Part shown: positions 37,645 through 51,851 of the stretch, piece after piece
Layout: the number at the start of each line of letters is the position of its first letter
Position numbering within the stretch: the stretch's first letter is position 1
NCBI GenBank assembly: GCA_038087875.1
Contig: CM075992.1
Coordinates: forward strand, 4,032,001-4,096,000
Direction of reading: 5' to 3'
DNA: 64,000 nt
From: Malacoraja senta
Lineage: Eukaryota
The notes under the pieces: generated by a model
Database searches by the model: none
What the model was told of the DNA's origin: nothing
What the model saw: the letters and a program-made list of their open reading frames with translations, nothing else
Translations under genes and position numbers: made by a program

Positions 37645-38846
37645 ACATGAAACAATACAACATTGGCGTACAGGTATGTAAGTTAATTGGCTTGGCGTAC
37701 GTGTAAATTGTCCCCCAGTGTGTGTAGGGTAGTGTTAACGTGCGGGGATCGCTGGTCGGCGTGGACTCGGTGGGTCGAAGGGCCTGTTTCTGCTCTGTAT
37801 CTCTAAAAATAGAAGCTAAAACTAAACATTGGGGCAAGTTGGGCCAATTGGCCAGTTTCCACCCTGTATGACTATAGAACATAGAACAGTACAATACAAG
37901 AACAGGCCCCATCGCTCCACTAAGTCACTGATTAACAAGATGTCAAGATCACCATGTATCTACCTGCGTACTGCCCATATCCCCCCACATCCATATGCCC
38001 ATCCAGAAGTCTTTAAAATGCTACTGGTGTATTTGCTTCAAGCATGGTAGTCCAAATGGCTTCCCCTTGAATTGTTAATGTTCTTTGAAACACGGCATAT
38101 CTTTAGACTTTGGACTTCTTTAGACTTTGGCGATACAGCGGCGAAACAGGCCCTTCGGCCCACCGAGTCCGTGCCGACCAGCGATCACCCCTTACGCTAC
38201 ACACTAGGGGAAATGTGCAAATTTGACTGAAACCCACGTGGTCACGGGGAGAATGTACAAACTCCATACGGATCAAGGCAAAATTCAATTCATACAGACA
38301 AAGTCAGGGGAATCCTTGAGCAAAACATAAAGTGCTGGAGAAACTTTGCAGGTCATATGTTCATGTGGAGCAGAATAAGGCCACAAAAGGCACAAAAGCC
38401 ACCACTTTAAAGGAATTAGCATTTGGACGGACTGTCCCTTTAAGAAAATACACATCATAGGGTCTGCCTCTTCAAAAGACCAATTTATCAAATACACCGC
38501 TCCATTTAAAGGGCACAAGTTTCAAATGGATTTCCCCTTGAGACCCATACTGAGATTCTGTCACTTTAAAACAGGCATTTCCAAACTCCTACCCCTCTAA
38601 GGAAGGCAATCATTCTTTAAAACCTTCCCTTAAGTGAGCTGCAATATTAGTTTAAGAAGGAACTGCTGATGCTGGAAAAATCGAAGGTAGACAAAAATGC
38701 TGGACAAACTCAGCGGGTGAGGCAGCATCTATGGAGCGAAGGAATAGTTGACCCTTTTTCAGTCTGAAGAAAGGTCTCGACCCGAAACGTCACCTATTCC
38801 TTCGCTCCATAGATTCTGCCTCACCCGCTGAGTTTCTCCTACAATA

Positions 38847-39120
38847 TTTAGTTTAGGTACAGCATGGAAACAGGCCCCTCGGCCCACCGAGTCCCACGCA
38901 ACGGCCATCGTTCTATGTTATCTCGCTTTCTCATCCACTCACGAGGGTCAGTTAGCCTACAAACACGCACGTCATTGGGAGTGTGGGGGGAAACCGGAGC
39001 ACCCGGAGGAAACCCACGCAGGTCACAGGGAGAACATGCAAACTCCACACAGTTAGAATTGAACCCGGGCCTCCGGCGCTGTGAGGCAGCGGCGCTTACC
39101 AGCTGCGCCAATGTGCCGCC
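38847..39120 (-). mobile_element. V-SINE (second subfamily)
   Basis: Reverse-complement tRNA head and V-domain. Confidence 0.8.
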
Positions 39121-39869
39121 TGTATTGTGAGACTCTTTAAAGAAAAGTTTGATGAGTGACCCATGTCTTTTAATGCAGACATTGGATGACTATTAATAAA
39201 CATTCAAAAGCTTTTGCTTTGAGTTTGGGATTTTTTAAAGAGTTTGCTTCTCTCTCTGGTATATTATTGTTCTCATTATCAATTCCATTCGAGCCAGAGA
39301 TTAGGAAGTCAGTGCCCTTATACTTCAGCCCGAAGAATTGAATCAAACTTTTTTGCAATTACTAAGACAATCATGTGAAGGCCATTTCTCGATTATTGAA
39401 AGCGTAGCCTGCACTGGCTGTTGTTCAGTACTGGCTGCAGTTATTACTGCATCTGATTAAACTTAAACTCAATCTTAATTCAGCAGTGTAGCATTTCATT
39501 TCAAACTCCATTTTGTGTTGTTGCCAATTCAGAAGCAGCTCTGTGGCATTCGCAGGGAAGTGGATTGCAACTGATTTTTTGGGTTTTAGTTTAATTAAGC
39601 TTAGAGAAACAGTGCAGAAACAGTCCTTCGGCCATCGAGACTGCACTGACCAAACGATCACCCATTCACCAGTTCTATCTTCACTTTATTTCAGAATTTA
39701 GAGTTACAGCGTGGAAATAGGCCCTTCGGCCCGACAAGTCCGTACCGACCAGCAATCACCCATACACCAGCACCATGTTACCCACCAAGGGCAATTTACA
39801 GCAGCCAATTAACCAATAAACCCCCTGAGTAAATGAACAACTCACTGTAGTTGGTCAACACAACTTGCG

Positions 39870-40740
39870 TAAGGGGAGGGGAGGAGCTGAAGTGCCTCGC
39901 GGGTCGGTGTGGCCTAGCGGCTGACGGAGCCTTGCGGTGGCGGTGGAGGCCCGTGGGGCGGTGGGGCCTAGCGGCCAAAAGAGCCTCAGTGGATCAGTGA
40001 GGCCGAGTAGCTGACGGAGCCTCAGCAGGTCAGGGAGGCCTAGTGGCTGATGGAGTCTCGTGGTGGCGGTGGAGCCGCATGGGGCAGTGGGGCCTAGCGG
40101 CCAACGGAGCCTCAGCATGTCAGCGAGGCCTAGCGGCTGATGAAGCCTTGCAGTGGAACCTCGGCGAGTTACAATAATAAGAATAATAATAAATTTTATT
40201 TACTGGCGCCTTTCAAGACACTCAAGGTCACCTTACATCACAGAATATCAGTAATAAACATACAATAAGCAACAAAGCACTAGTAATTAAAAAATCAACA
40301 ATAAAATAAAAAAAAATAAAACAATAAAAAATACAAATAAAACATACAATAAACTCATACAATGAGTTGGTGGAGCTTCACGGGTTGGTGGGGTCTAGCA
40401 GCTGACGGAGCCTCAGCATGTCAGCGAGGCCTAGCGGCTGATGGAGCCTTGCAGTGGAGCCTTGGCAATTTGGTGGAGCTTCACGGTTCAGTGGGGCCTA
40501 GCAGCTGATGGAGCCTCGCGATGGCGGTGAGGCCTCGTGGGTCGACCCGTGGTCAGGTGTGCAGCGGTTGATGAGGGCACAGGGGAACCGCCATGAGGAG
40601 GGGAGGGGGAAGAACACAGGAGGACCTGCTTTGCAACTTTGTCAGTGCTGTTCACATGGCAACTATTGCATATCTTGGGTATGCAGGCAAAGAATTTCAT
40701 TGTGCCTTGTCACATGTGACAATAAAGCATTCCATTCCAT
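39870..40740 (+). mobile_element. GC-rich internally repetitive element with a Rex-like tail, interrupted by an AT-rich insertion (about 40171-40362)
   Basis: Repeated GCCTAGCGGCTGA(C/T)GGAGCC motifs. Ends AAGAATTTCATTGT...GTGACAATAAA-(TTCCA)n. Confidence 0.55.
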
Positions 40741-42409
40741 ACCAAGATATTTGTTGACAATCCCTTGAAGATGAGTCTGAAGAAGGGTCGCGGCCAGAAC
40801 ATCACCCATTCCTTCTCTCCAGAGATGCTGCCTGTCCCGCTGAGTTACCCCAGCATCTTGTGTCCATCCTTGAAGATGGGACTGGGTTTGGGAGCCGGGC
40901 CTGGCAGTGAGGTACAGCTGAACCCATGGGTCCTGAGCTATAGGGTGGACAACAGGCCAATTTCTATGCTGGCAGATGGAGGCATGTCCACTGTCCTGCA
41001 CTGGGACTCCACTCAAACCTGGACCCCGTTTCCTGGCCACTGTCTCCATGGAAACAATATGATCATGGCAGATGCTGGTTGTCATGGTGATCACTTTCCC
41101 AGGCACATCCATCATGTCTCTGGTATGCGTCCTAGGGATTTTCTACACTCTCCCTATCCCTGCCACTCCACCAATTTCCTCTTTAAAAATATCCAATGCG
41201 GTCTGTGGCAATGAATTGCTCAGATAGCCCACTCTCTGGCCAAAGAAATTCCTCCTCATCTCCATTTTAATGGTACACCCTTTTATTCTGAGGCTGTGCC
41301 CTCTGGTCCTGGACTCTCCCACCACTGGAAACATCCTCTCCACATCCACTCCTGCTAGTTTCCAGTTATTGAGTTAGTTTAGCTTATTCCCCCGTGTACT
41401 GAGGTACAGTGAAAAGCTTTTTTGTTGAGTGCTATCCAGTCGGCGGCAAGACAACACATGATTACAATCAAGCCGTCCACAGTGTACAGATACAGGATAA
41501 AGGGAATAATGTTTAGTGCAAAATATAGTCCGAAGGTCTCCAATTAGGTAGATGGTAACCCAGGACTGCTCTCCAGATGGTTCAGTTGCCTAATAACAGC
41601 TGGGAAGAAACTGTCCCTGAATCTGGAGGTGTGTGTTTTCACACTTCTGTCCCTCTTATCTGATGGGAGAGGGGAGAAGAGGGGGTGGCCAGGGTGAGAT
41701 TGGTCCTTGATTATGCTGCTGGCCTTGCCGAGGCAGCTTGAACTCCAGATGGAGTCAATGGATGGTCTGGGTTACGTCAACAAAAGTGGCACGGTGGCTC
41801 AACGGTAGAGTTGCTGCCTCACAGCGCCAGAAACCCGGGTTTCATCCTGACTATGGGTGCTGTCTGTACGGAGTTTGTACGTTCTCCCCGTGACCTGCGT
41901 GGGTTTTCTCCGAGATCTTTGGTTTCCTCCCACACTCCACAGACGTACATCTTTGTAGGTTAAATGACTTGGTATAAATGTAAAAATTGTCCCTAGTGTG
42001 TGTGGGATAGTGTTAGTGTGCGGGGATCGCTGGTCGGTGCGGGCTTGGTGGGCCGAAGGGCCTGTTTCAGTGCTGTATCTCTAAACTAACCTCTGCTGTT
42101 ATAAATAGCTACTTAATGGTCAGTATGGCCAGGGCTTGTTTCTGTGATAGTCATATAGAGTCATAGAGTGATACAGTCTGGAAACAGGCCCTTCGGCCCA
42201 ACTTGCCCTCACCAGCCAACATGCCCCATCTACAGTAGTCCCATCCCTTTGGTCCATATCCCTTCAAACATGTCCTAGCCATGTACCTGTCTAACTGATT
42301 CTTAAATGTTGGGATAGTCCCTGCCTCAGCTGCCTCCTCTGGCAGCTTGTTCCATATATCCACCACCCTGTATGACTCTAAGAACCAGCTGGCAATGAAA
42401 TCTCCATAT

Positions 42410-42617
42410 AGGGCCGGTCCCACTTGGCGATTTTTTTCGGCGACTTCCGTAATAATTGACTGACGTATCAGGTCACCGTAAACATTGCGGCGTGATGACG
42501 TATTAACGCGCGGTGTTTTTTCAAGTGTTTTTTGTCTCCGCTGGATTTTGAAATGTTCAAAATCTTTTGGCAACCCTGGTATGACGCCAAAAAAAATCAC
42601 CAAGTGGGACAGGCCTT
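42410..42617. mobile_element. PIF/Harbinger-type MITE
   Basis: Degenerate AGGGCC.GTCCCACTT TIRs. Confidence 0.75.
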
Positions 42618-43418
42618 TTAGTGAAGACAGGAAATGGCTCATAGATGGAAGCAGCTGTCTCTCAGCGCAAGTGGTTTTAATGACACAGGAAAACATCCAA
42701 AGTCGTGCATGGATTGGATCATCTCTGCAAATGGACATGGAGCCAGTGGATGACATTCAACACAAATGGCTGGACCTCACAACATCCTGTCAAAGGAGGT
42801 TTTGGCTCCACTGCTTGCAAGCTCAGCTGTGGCAATGTTAACCATCAAATCGTGATCGGAGCTCTTTCATAAGCGTCTCGCAAACAGTTTAACGTAAGGA
42901 GTGCGTAAGAAGGAACTGCAGGTTCTGGTTTACAGGAGGCAGGAGAATGGGGTTAGGAGGGAGAGATGATGGGCCAAATGGCCTAATCCTACTCCTATTC
43001 CTTGTGACCTTACACACAAAATGCTGGAGTAACTCAGCGGGACAGGCAGCATCTCTGAGAGAAGGAATGGGTGACGTTTTGTACGAGACCCTTCTTTTGA
43101 CTGAGAGTCGGGGGAAAGGGAAACGGTGATCGAGAGAGATATATAATTTAGAGATATAGAGCGAGTCTAGAGATATGGAAGGGCAAGGTGTGAAACTGAC
43201 AGATCAAAGCAGATGGAGATAAGGAAATAGAGAATGGTTCTTTGTGAATGAAGAAGGATCTCGACCCGAAACCTCACCCATTCCTTCTCTCCAGAGATGC
43301 TGCCTGTCCTGCTGAGTTACTCCAGCATTTTGTGTCTGTCTATGGTTCATTGTTAGCAGACGGGGAAGGTGACAACGTGGCATATTAAATCAGGAGGACT
43401 GTCTTGAGTTTAATATAA

Positions 43419-43693
43419 AGGGCCTGTCGCACTTACTCCATTTTTTTCGGCGACTGCTGGCACCTGTCATAGTCGCAGCAGGTCGCTGAAGATTTGTTGG
43501 GCGACTACTCACGACCATACAGGCGTCACCCCGTGACATGTCACCTGTATGATCGTGAGTAGTCGCTCAAAGAGACCTACCTTTTTCTGATCGCCGCTGG
43601 ATTTTCAACATGTTGAAAATTTTCGGCAACCTGCTGCGACTATGACGGGTGCCAACAAGTCGCCAAAAGAATTGTGTAAGTGGGACAGGCCCT
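43419..43693. mobile_element. PIF/Harbinger-type MITE with TAA TSD
   Basis: TIRs plus TAA at 43416-43418 and 43694-43696. Confidence 0.88.
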
Positions 43694-46600
43694 TAAGGCT
43701 GTGCGCAATGCAATCTACTGCCTGCAACTGGTCGCCCTGGCTCACTAAACTGGCCATGGCAATATGGAATGATTTGGACTACACAAACCAACACTAACGA
43801 GCAAGAATTTGCCATCGAACTGTCGGAGGAGTAAGTACTATCCCTATCAGATGCAGGTAATGTCACAACGTTACAGAAACATTTAGACAGGTACATGGAT
43901 AGGATAGATTTAAAGGGATATGGGCCAAACGGGAACAGGTGGGACTACTGTAGATGGGGTATGTTGGTCGACTAGTTGGACCGAAGGGCCTGTTTTCATG
44001 CTGTCTGTGTCTATGTGAAAACGCACACCTCCAGATTCAGGGACAGTTTCTTCCCAGCTGTTATCAGGCAACTGAACCATCCTACCGCAACCAGAGAGCA
44101 GTGCTGAACTACTATCTACATCATCGGTGACCTATCTTTAATCGGACTTTGCTGGCTTTACCTTGCACTAAACGCTATTCCCTTATCATGTATCTATACA
44201 TTGTGGATGGCTCGATTGTAATCATGTATTGTCCTTCCGCTGACTGGTTAGCACGCAGCAAAAGCTTTTCACTGTACCTCAGTACACATGACAATAAACT
44301 GAACTAAACTAATGTGGCCTGAAATGATCGGTTAATTCAATATCGATTGATTGATACATAATTCATGAGTTTTACGAAGTTATGGTTCATGAACACGTAT
44401 AATGTTCCGGGCAGAATACACACAAATGGTGGAAGCTAGACAGCTCCTCTGTAACTGAATGTGAAGTGTTTTCTTCCATGACCAAAGCTCAGGCCTCAAG
44501 CTCTAGGATGTAATCTAATTAGATTTTTAAATTGATTATGATTAAATGGATTGAATGAATAGACGGGGATGAAGTATTACTGCCTATATTGAAGGGGTGG
44601 TACGGTGACGCAGCGGTAGAGTTGCTGCCTTACAGCGCCAAAGACCACAACTACGTGTGCTGTCTGTACGGAGTTTGTACGTTCTCCCCGTGACCTGCGT
44701 GGGTTTTCACCAACATCTTTGGGTTCCTCCCACACTCCAAAAGACATACAGGTTTGTAGGTTAATTGGCTTGGTATAAATGTGTAAGAATTGTCCCTGGT
44801 GTGTAGTGTAGTGTTAATGTGTGGGGGATCGCTGGTCGGTGTAGACCCAGTGGGCCAAAGGGCCTGTTTCCGTGCTGTAACTAAACCAGAAATGTGTTTA
44901 TTTTTTAGAGCAACAGCCTGGAAACAGGCCCTTCAGCCCAACGAGTCCGCACCAACCGGCATCCACCCTGTACACTAGCATTATCCCACATACTATGAAC
45001 AAGTGTGTCAGAGGATATGGGGAGAAGACAGGAGAGCGGGGTTTGGAGGGAGAGATAGGTCAGCCATGATTGAATGGCGGGGAAAATTTGATGGGCCGAA
45101 TGGCTTAATTCTACTCCTATCCCTTGTGACCTTATGAACAATTTAGAGAAACCAATTAACCTACAAACCTGCACGTCTTTGGAGTGTGGGAGGAAACCGG
45201 AGCACCCGGAAAAAACCCACGCGGTCACGGGGAGAAGGTACAAACTCCGCACAGTCACGATGGAACCAGGGTCTCTGGCGCTGTAAGGCAGCAACTCTAC
45301 CGCCGCGCCACTCTGCTGCCCGTGGTGGTGCTACGGTTAAATTATTGGCCAAATAAATCACCGGCCTGTACTAACAACCCAGATGCTGAGCTGAAATCCC
45401 ATCTCAGCAGCTGTGGAATCTGAATTTGGTTAATTGACTCTTTTTGGAATTTAACAAGAAACATTGGCTTCACTGATGGTGAAAACAAAAAAACCGCCAG
45501 ATTGTCATAAAAAACTATTTAGTTCGCTCCTGTGTCTCAGGGGAGGGATTTTGGCAAAATACCCAGTTCATCCTATGTTTGATTTCAGAGCCACAGTGAC
45601 TCCATCTACACTTCAAGCTGCCGCGGCAAGGCCACCAGCACAATCAAGGACCAGTCTCACCCTGGTCTCCCCTCTCCCATCAGGCAAGAGGGGCAGAAGA
45701 GCGAAGACACACATCTCCAGATTCAGGGACAGTGTCTTCTCAGCTGTTAACAGGCAACTGAACCATCATCTCACCAACTGGAGAGCAGTCCAGACCTAAC
45801 ATCTACCTCATTGGAGACCCTCGGACTCTCTTAAATTGGACTTTATCTTGCAATAAACATTTTAAATCCTCAAAATAATGAAACATTTTGAATATAACTA
45901 AAGGACTTACTTTCTTGTTTTCCCCGTTCCTTAACCTGAAACATGAACTCTGTTTCTGTCGCCATCCTGCTGCATATTCCGTACAATTTCTATTTTTATT
46001 TCAGATTTTCCGCATCTGCAGTTTCCTGATTTTCAAAGACTCGGATTCCTGTTATCCAGCCTTTAACCCCCCCTCCCATTCCCACACCGACCACACCGTC
46101 CAGGGCCTCCGTTGTCAGAGTGAGGCCGAACGCAAATTGGAGGAACAGCACCTCATATTTCGCTTGGGCAGCTTACACCCCAGCGGTATTAACATTGACT
46201 TCTCTAACTTCAAATAGCCCTTGCTTTCCCTCTCTCTCCATACCTCGCCCTTCCCTACCTATCTACCTCATTGGTGACCCTCGGACTATCCTTGATCGGA
46301 CTTGCTGGCTTTACCTTGCACTAAACGTTATTCCCTTATCATGTATCTGTACACTGTAAATGGCTCGATTGTAATCATGTATTGTCTTTCCGCTGACTGG
46401 AGAGCACGCAACAAAAAGCTTTTCACCGTACCTCGGTACACGTGACAAGAAACTCAACTGAAACTTGATATCAGGCACAACTAGTTCAGCCGACACTGCT
46501 TAAATTAGTGACAGGTACAATATTCCAGTCAAGAACTGCATCAGGTATAATCAGAAGTTCAAACCACAGCTGTCAGAAACACTAAAGGAAAATTCTGTAG

Positions 46601-48606
46601 AGCTAACATTTTAAACATTGGTTAATAAATTGTGTTTGAGATCTTGCGTTTGCTAATGGAGTTCAGCTCCTTTATCTGCTCTGGTGCATTGTAATGTGTA
46701 GATCAGTAATGTGGAGCAGAGTAATTTGTATCGCGAAATATCCCAGGAAAAATCAGCTCGTCAGCGTTTAGTTCGATTATTGTCACGTGTACTGAGGTAC
46801 AGTGAAAAACTTTTAGTTGTGGGGCATGATATCCGGTCAGTGGATACTTCCTGACAAGATTGCAGAGATTGGGTTATGTCAGAGAGGAGTCTGTTGAACC
46901 TCTACAGGTTTACAGTGGAGAGCATATTGACTGGTTGCATCAGGGCTTGGTTCGCCAACTAGCACGGCCAGCAGGTAAGAAGACTGCAAAAAGTTGTGAA
47001 CATTGCCCAGTCCATCACGGGTACTGACCTCCCCACCATCGGAGGGACCTACAGGGAGTCAGTCGCTGCCTCAAAAAAGCATCCAGCATCATCAGAGACC
47101 CACACCACCCGGGCCACACGCTCATTTCACTCCTGCCATCGGGAAGACGGAGGAAGAAGTGCTGGAGTAGCTTTCGTTCCGCATGCTACAAAGCTTTTCC
47201 CTGTACCTCGGTACGCGTGACAATAAACTGAACTGAAACACTCCACTAAGAACAACGTCTCGACCCGAATCGTCACTGATCCTTTTTCTCCCGAGAAGTT
47301 GTGGATTTATGGAATTCCATTAGAATAAAGGGGGGGGTCATTTAAGACTAAGATGAGAACAAACTTTTTCACCCAGAGAGTTGTGAATTTGTGGAATTCC
47401 CTGCCACAGAGGGCAGTGGAGGCCAAGTCACTGGATGGATTTAAGAGAGAGTTAGATAGAGCTCTAGGGGCTAGTGGAGTCAAGGGATATGGGGAGAAGG
47501 CAGGCACGGGTTATTGATAGGGGACGATCAGCCATGATCACAATGAATGGCGGTGCTGGCTCGAAGGGCCGAATGGCCTCCTCCTGCACCTATTTTCTAT
47601 GTTTCTCTCTATGTTTCTATGTTGCCTGACCCGCTGAGTTACTCCAGCTTTTTGTGCTTTTCTTCTGTATAAACCAGCATCTTCTGATACAAGCAAGTAT
47701 CCTTGTTTACCCATGTGTCAGCAGTTCAGTTTAGTTTATTGACACTTGTACCGAGGTACAGTGAAAAGCTTTTGTTGCCTGCTAACCAGTCAGCAGAAAG
47801 ACAACGCATGATTACAATTAGATGCTTAGCTGCTGCCTCACCCGCTGAGTTTCTCCAGCATTTTTGTCCACCTTCGATTTTTCCAGCATCTGCAGTTCTT
47901 TCTTAAACATGAATACAATCGATCCATTTACAGTGTACCAGATACATGATAAGGGAATAACGTTTAGTGCAAGGTAAAGCCAGCAACGTCTGATCAAAGA
48001 TAGTCCGAAGGTCACCAAAGTGGTAGATAGTAGTTCAGCACTGCTCTCTGGTTGTGGTAGGATGATTCAGATGTCATTCCCTGCTCTGTAGATGCTGCAA
48101 GGAGATCTATACATGCTGCATACTAAACATTCTTAGGGAAGGATAGAGAGAAGAGTGGTGATCCCTCTGGGATCTGGGTACACATTCATCTCTGTGCAAG
48201 CACGAGCTGAGTGGATTATCGGCTCGTTCTTCTCCCTTGTTGCTAGTGGGAGCAGAGAGAGCAGGCATTGCCAGCCACGTTTCCCTGCTGCGCAACAGAG
48301 ATGCCCAAAGCCATATGTTACTTGTCAAGCACATTGACACATCCTGTCTCTCTTATCGATCGCCGACCAGAACAGAGTGAACATTTCCATTAAAGAACAG
48401 CCTTTTCGACCCGGGAAAGACTATCGACCGAGATGGATCACGGACTGACATTAGAGTCGCTGCCTCACAGCGCCAGAGACCCGGGTTCCATCCTGACTAC
48501 GGGTCCTGTCTGTACGGAGTTTGTACGTTCTCCCTGAGACCGTGTGGGTTTTCTCCGGGTGCTTCGGTTTCTTCCCACACTCCAAAGCCATGTAGTTTTG
48601 TAGGTT

Positions 48607-48791
48607 CACAAAAATGCTGGAGAAACTCAGCGGGTGCAGCAGCATCTATGGAGCGAAGGAAATAGGCAACGTTTTGGCCCGAAACGTTGCCTATTTCCTT
48701 CGCTCCATAGATGCTGCTGCACCCGCTGAGTTTCTCCAGCATTTTTGTCTACCTTCGATTTTCCAGCATCTGCAGTTCCTTCTTAAACAAA
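48607..48791. mobile_element. Penelope-derived mini-element forming a fold-back, inside a V-SINE
   Basis: 14-bp TSD TAGTTTTGTAGGTT (48593-48606 and 48792-48805). Confidence 0.82.
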
Positions 48792-51446
48792 TAGTTTTGT
48801 AGGTTAATTGGCTTCTGTAAATTTGTAAAATTGTCCCAAGGATAGGTTCCAAGGTTCATTTATTGCGACATACACCAATTGGTGCAGTGAGATTCGAGTA
48901 GCTATTTGCTGCACACTAATAAGAATACAACGCAACATTAAAGAAGAATTTAACATTAAACATAAAAAAACATCCCCCCCACAATGGTTCCCTCTGTGTG
49001 GGAAAGGCACAATGTCAAGTCCTCATCCTCTTGTTCACCCATAGTCGGGCCTACTGAGGCCTCAGCAGTCGTCGCTATGGTGGCCCGATGTTTCAGGCCC
49101 TCTTGCCAGATGATCGTCCTCCAGCATCGGGATAGTGTAAGGGGGATCGCTGGTCTGCGCGGACTTGGTGGGCTGAAGGGCTTGTTTCCACACTATATAT
49201 TTTGTGAGTTTTTAGAGATACAGCGCGGAAACAGGCCCTTCGGCCCACCGGGTCCACGCCGACCAGCGATCCCCGCACACTAACACCATCCTACACACTA
49301 TCCTAGGGACAATTTACATTCATAGAAATCCAATTAACCGACAAACCTGCACGTCTTTGGAGTGTGGGAGGAAACCGGAGATCTCGGTGAGAACCCACGC
49401 AGGTCACGGGGAGAACGTACAAACTCCGTACAGACAGCACCCGTAGTCGGGATGGAACCCAGGTCTCTGGCGCTGAAATCGCTGTAAGGCAGCAACTCTA
49501 CCGCTGCGCCACTGTGCTAAACTAAACTAAACAATAGCCTTTACGACCAGGGAAAGACAATGGACTGAGATGGCTCATGAGCCAACTTTAGGACAGCACG
49601 GCGGTAGAGTTGTTATCTTACAGCGCCAGAGACCCGGTTCGATCCTGACTACGGGTGCTGTCTGTACGGAGGTTGTACCCTTTTCTGAGACACCCAGAAT
49701 ACAGAGTAACACTCACAATGACAACACACAAGCAAACTCCACACAGACAGCAGCAGAGGTCAGGATCGAACCCAGATCGCTTGAGTTGTGAGGCAGAGCA
49801 CCAACAATTCTCCCACTCTGCTGCTTTAGTTTAGTTTAGTTTAGAGATGCTGAAATGCAGTCCCTTCATCGTACCGATTCCACTCCGACCATCGATCACC
49901 CCCTTCACACTAGTTCTATGTTATCCCACTTTCTCATCCAGTCAGGGGCAATTTACAGAGATCAATTAACCTGCACACCCGCACGTCTTTCAGATGTGGC
50001 AGGAAACCGGAGCACCCGGAGGAAACCCACGTGGTCACAGGGAGAATTCCACAACACAGCGTGGGAACAGGCCCTTCGGCCCACAATGTTTGTGTTGAAC
50101 ATGATGCCAAGTGAAAACAATCGCCTCTGCCTGCACGTGATCCGTGATCCGTTTTCCTCCATTCCCTGCATGTCCATGTGCCCATCCAAAAACCTCTTAA
50201 AACGTCACTATTGTGTCTGCCTCCATCACCAATCCTGGCAGTGATACTGCATTTTGCCAGATCTGATCCAAACCTCAACTTCCACTTCCATCCTACTCAT
50301 CATAATCCTTGGTTCCTCAAGGGACAGATATGTTTATCCCCCCCTTCAACAGGTGGCGCAGCGGTAGAGTTGCTGCCTTACAGCTCCAGAGACCCGGGTT
50401 CGATCCTGACTCCGGGTGCTGTCTGTATGGAGTTTGTACGTTCTCCCCGAGACCTGCGTGGGTTTTCTCTGAGATCTTCGGGTTTCCTCCCACACTCCAA
50501 AGATGTACAGGTTTGTAGGTTAATTGGCTTGGTATAAGCCAATTATTCTATCGTATTATTATATCGTATCGTATCAATGTAAAATTGTCCCTAGGGTGTG
50601 TAGAATAGTGTTAATGTGTGGGGATCGCTGGTTGGTGTGGACTCGGTGGACCGAAGGGCCTGTTTCCGCGCTGTATCTCTGAACTAAACTAAACAGTTTC
50701 AACAATGCAATCTCCAAGAGTTCTTGGTGTCGATAACAGCATGGCTTCACCCAATCTTCATTAGACATAGTCATACAGCCTGGAAACAGGCCCTTAGACC
50801 CAACTTGCCTATACCGATCGACATACCCCATCTACACTAGTCCCACCAGCCTGCATTAGGCCCATATCAACTCTAAAACCGGTCAATAGACAATAGACAA
50901 TAGGTGCAGGAGTAGGTCATTCAGTCCATCGAGCCAGCACCGCCATTTATCTTGATCATGGCTGATCATCCACAATCAGTACCCCGTTCCTGCCTTCTCC
51001 TTATATCCCTTGACTCCGTTATCTTTAAGAGCTCTATCTAACTCTCTCTTGAAAGCTTCCAGAGAATCGGCCTGCACTGCCTTCTGAGGCAGAGAAATTC
51101 CACACTCACAAATCTCTGGGTGAAAACGTTTTTCCTCATCTCCGTTCTAAATGGCCTACCCCTTATTCCTAACCTGTGGCCCCTGGTTCTGCACTCCCCC
51201 AACGTTGGGAACATGTTTCCTGCCTCTCGCGTGTCCAATCCCTTAATAATCTTTTTTTCATTAAGATAACCTCTCATCCTTCTGTGGAATTCTGTCTGTC
51301 TGTGGAATTCTCTGCCTCAGAGGGCGGTGGAGGCAGGTTCTCTGGATGCTTTCAAGAGAGAGCTAGATAAGGCTCTTAAAAATAGCGGAGTCAGAGGATA
51401 TGGGGAGAAGGCAGGAACGGGGTACTGATTCTGGATGATCAGCCAT

Positions 51447-51851
51447 TAAAAAAATAAAAAATTGAGGTCAGGTAAGGGGGATGATAGTTGAAGAGTTGGT
51501 ATGTCCTATTTACGTGATGCTCAAAAAAAACATTTGTTTCTCTTTTTTTCTCTTTCTCTTTTCTTTTCTTAGGGCCTATTTCTTAACTCTTTTTCTTTTT
51601 GTTTTTAATTTCGCTCTTATAGGGTCTTCGTCCTTTTTTGTTGTTACATTTTCTACACTTTTCTACACTTGCACTTTTTCCTTCACTTTCTTCTTTCTTT
51701 CAATCTTTTCTTTTTCTAGTGTAAAAAAATAAATAAAGGGAGTACATTAATTGTAAGAAGATATAAATGACGAGTATTAATGTATGTGGTTGTAATGTAA
51801 TGTACTTCTAATAAATAAAAAATAAAAAAAAAAATTAAAAAAATTAAAAAA
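51447..51851 (+). mobile_element. L1-type 3' UTR fragment with poly(A) tail, inserted in CR1
   Basis: T-rich body, AATAAA, A tail, TSD AGCCAT (51441-51446 and 51852-51857). Confidence 0.65.

Noticed and set aside
51481..51732. Hydrophobic Phe-rich ORF (also 53183-53622)
   Set aside because: T-rich retroelement UTR or purine-rich low-complexity sequence, not a membrane protein gene.
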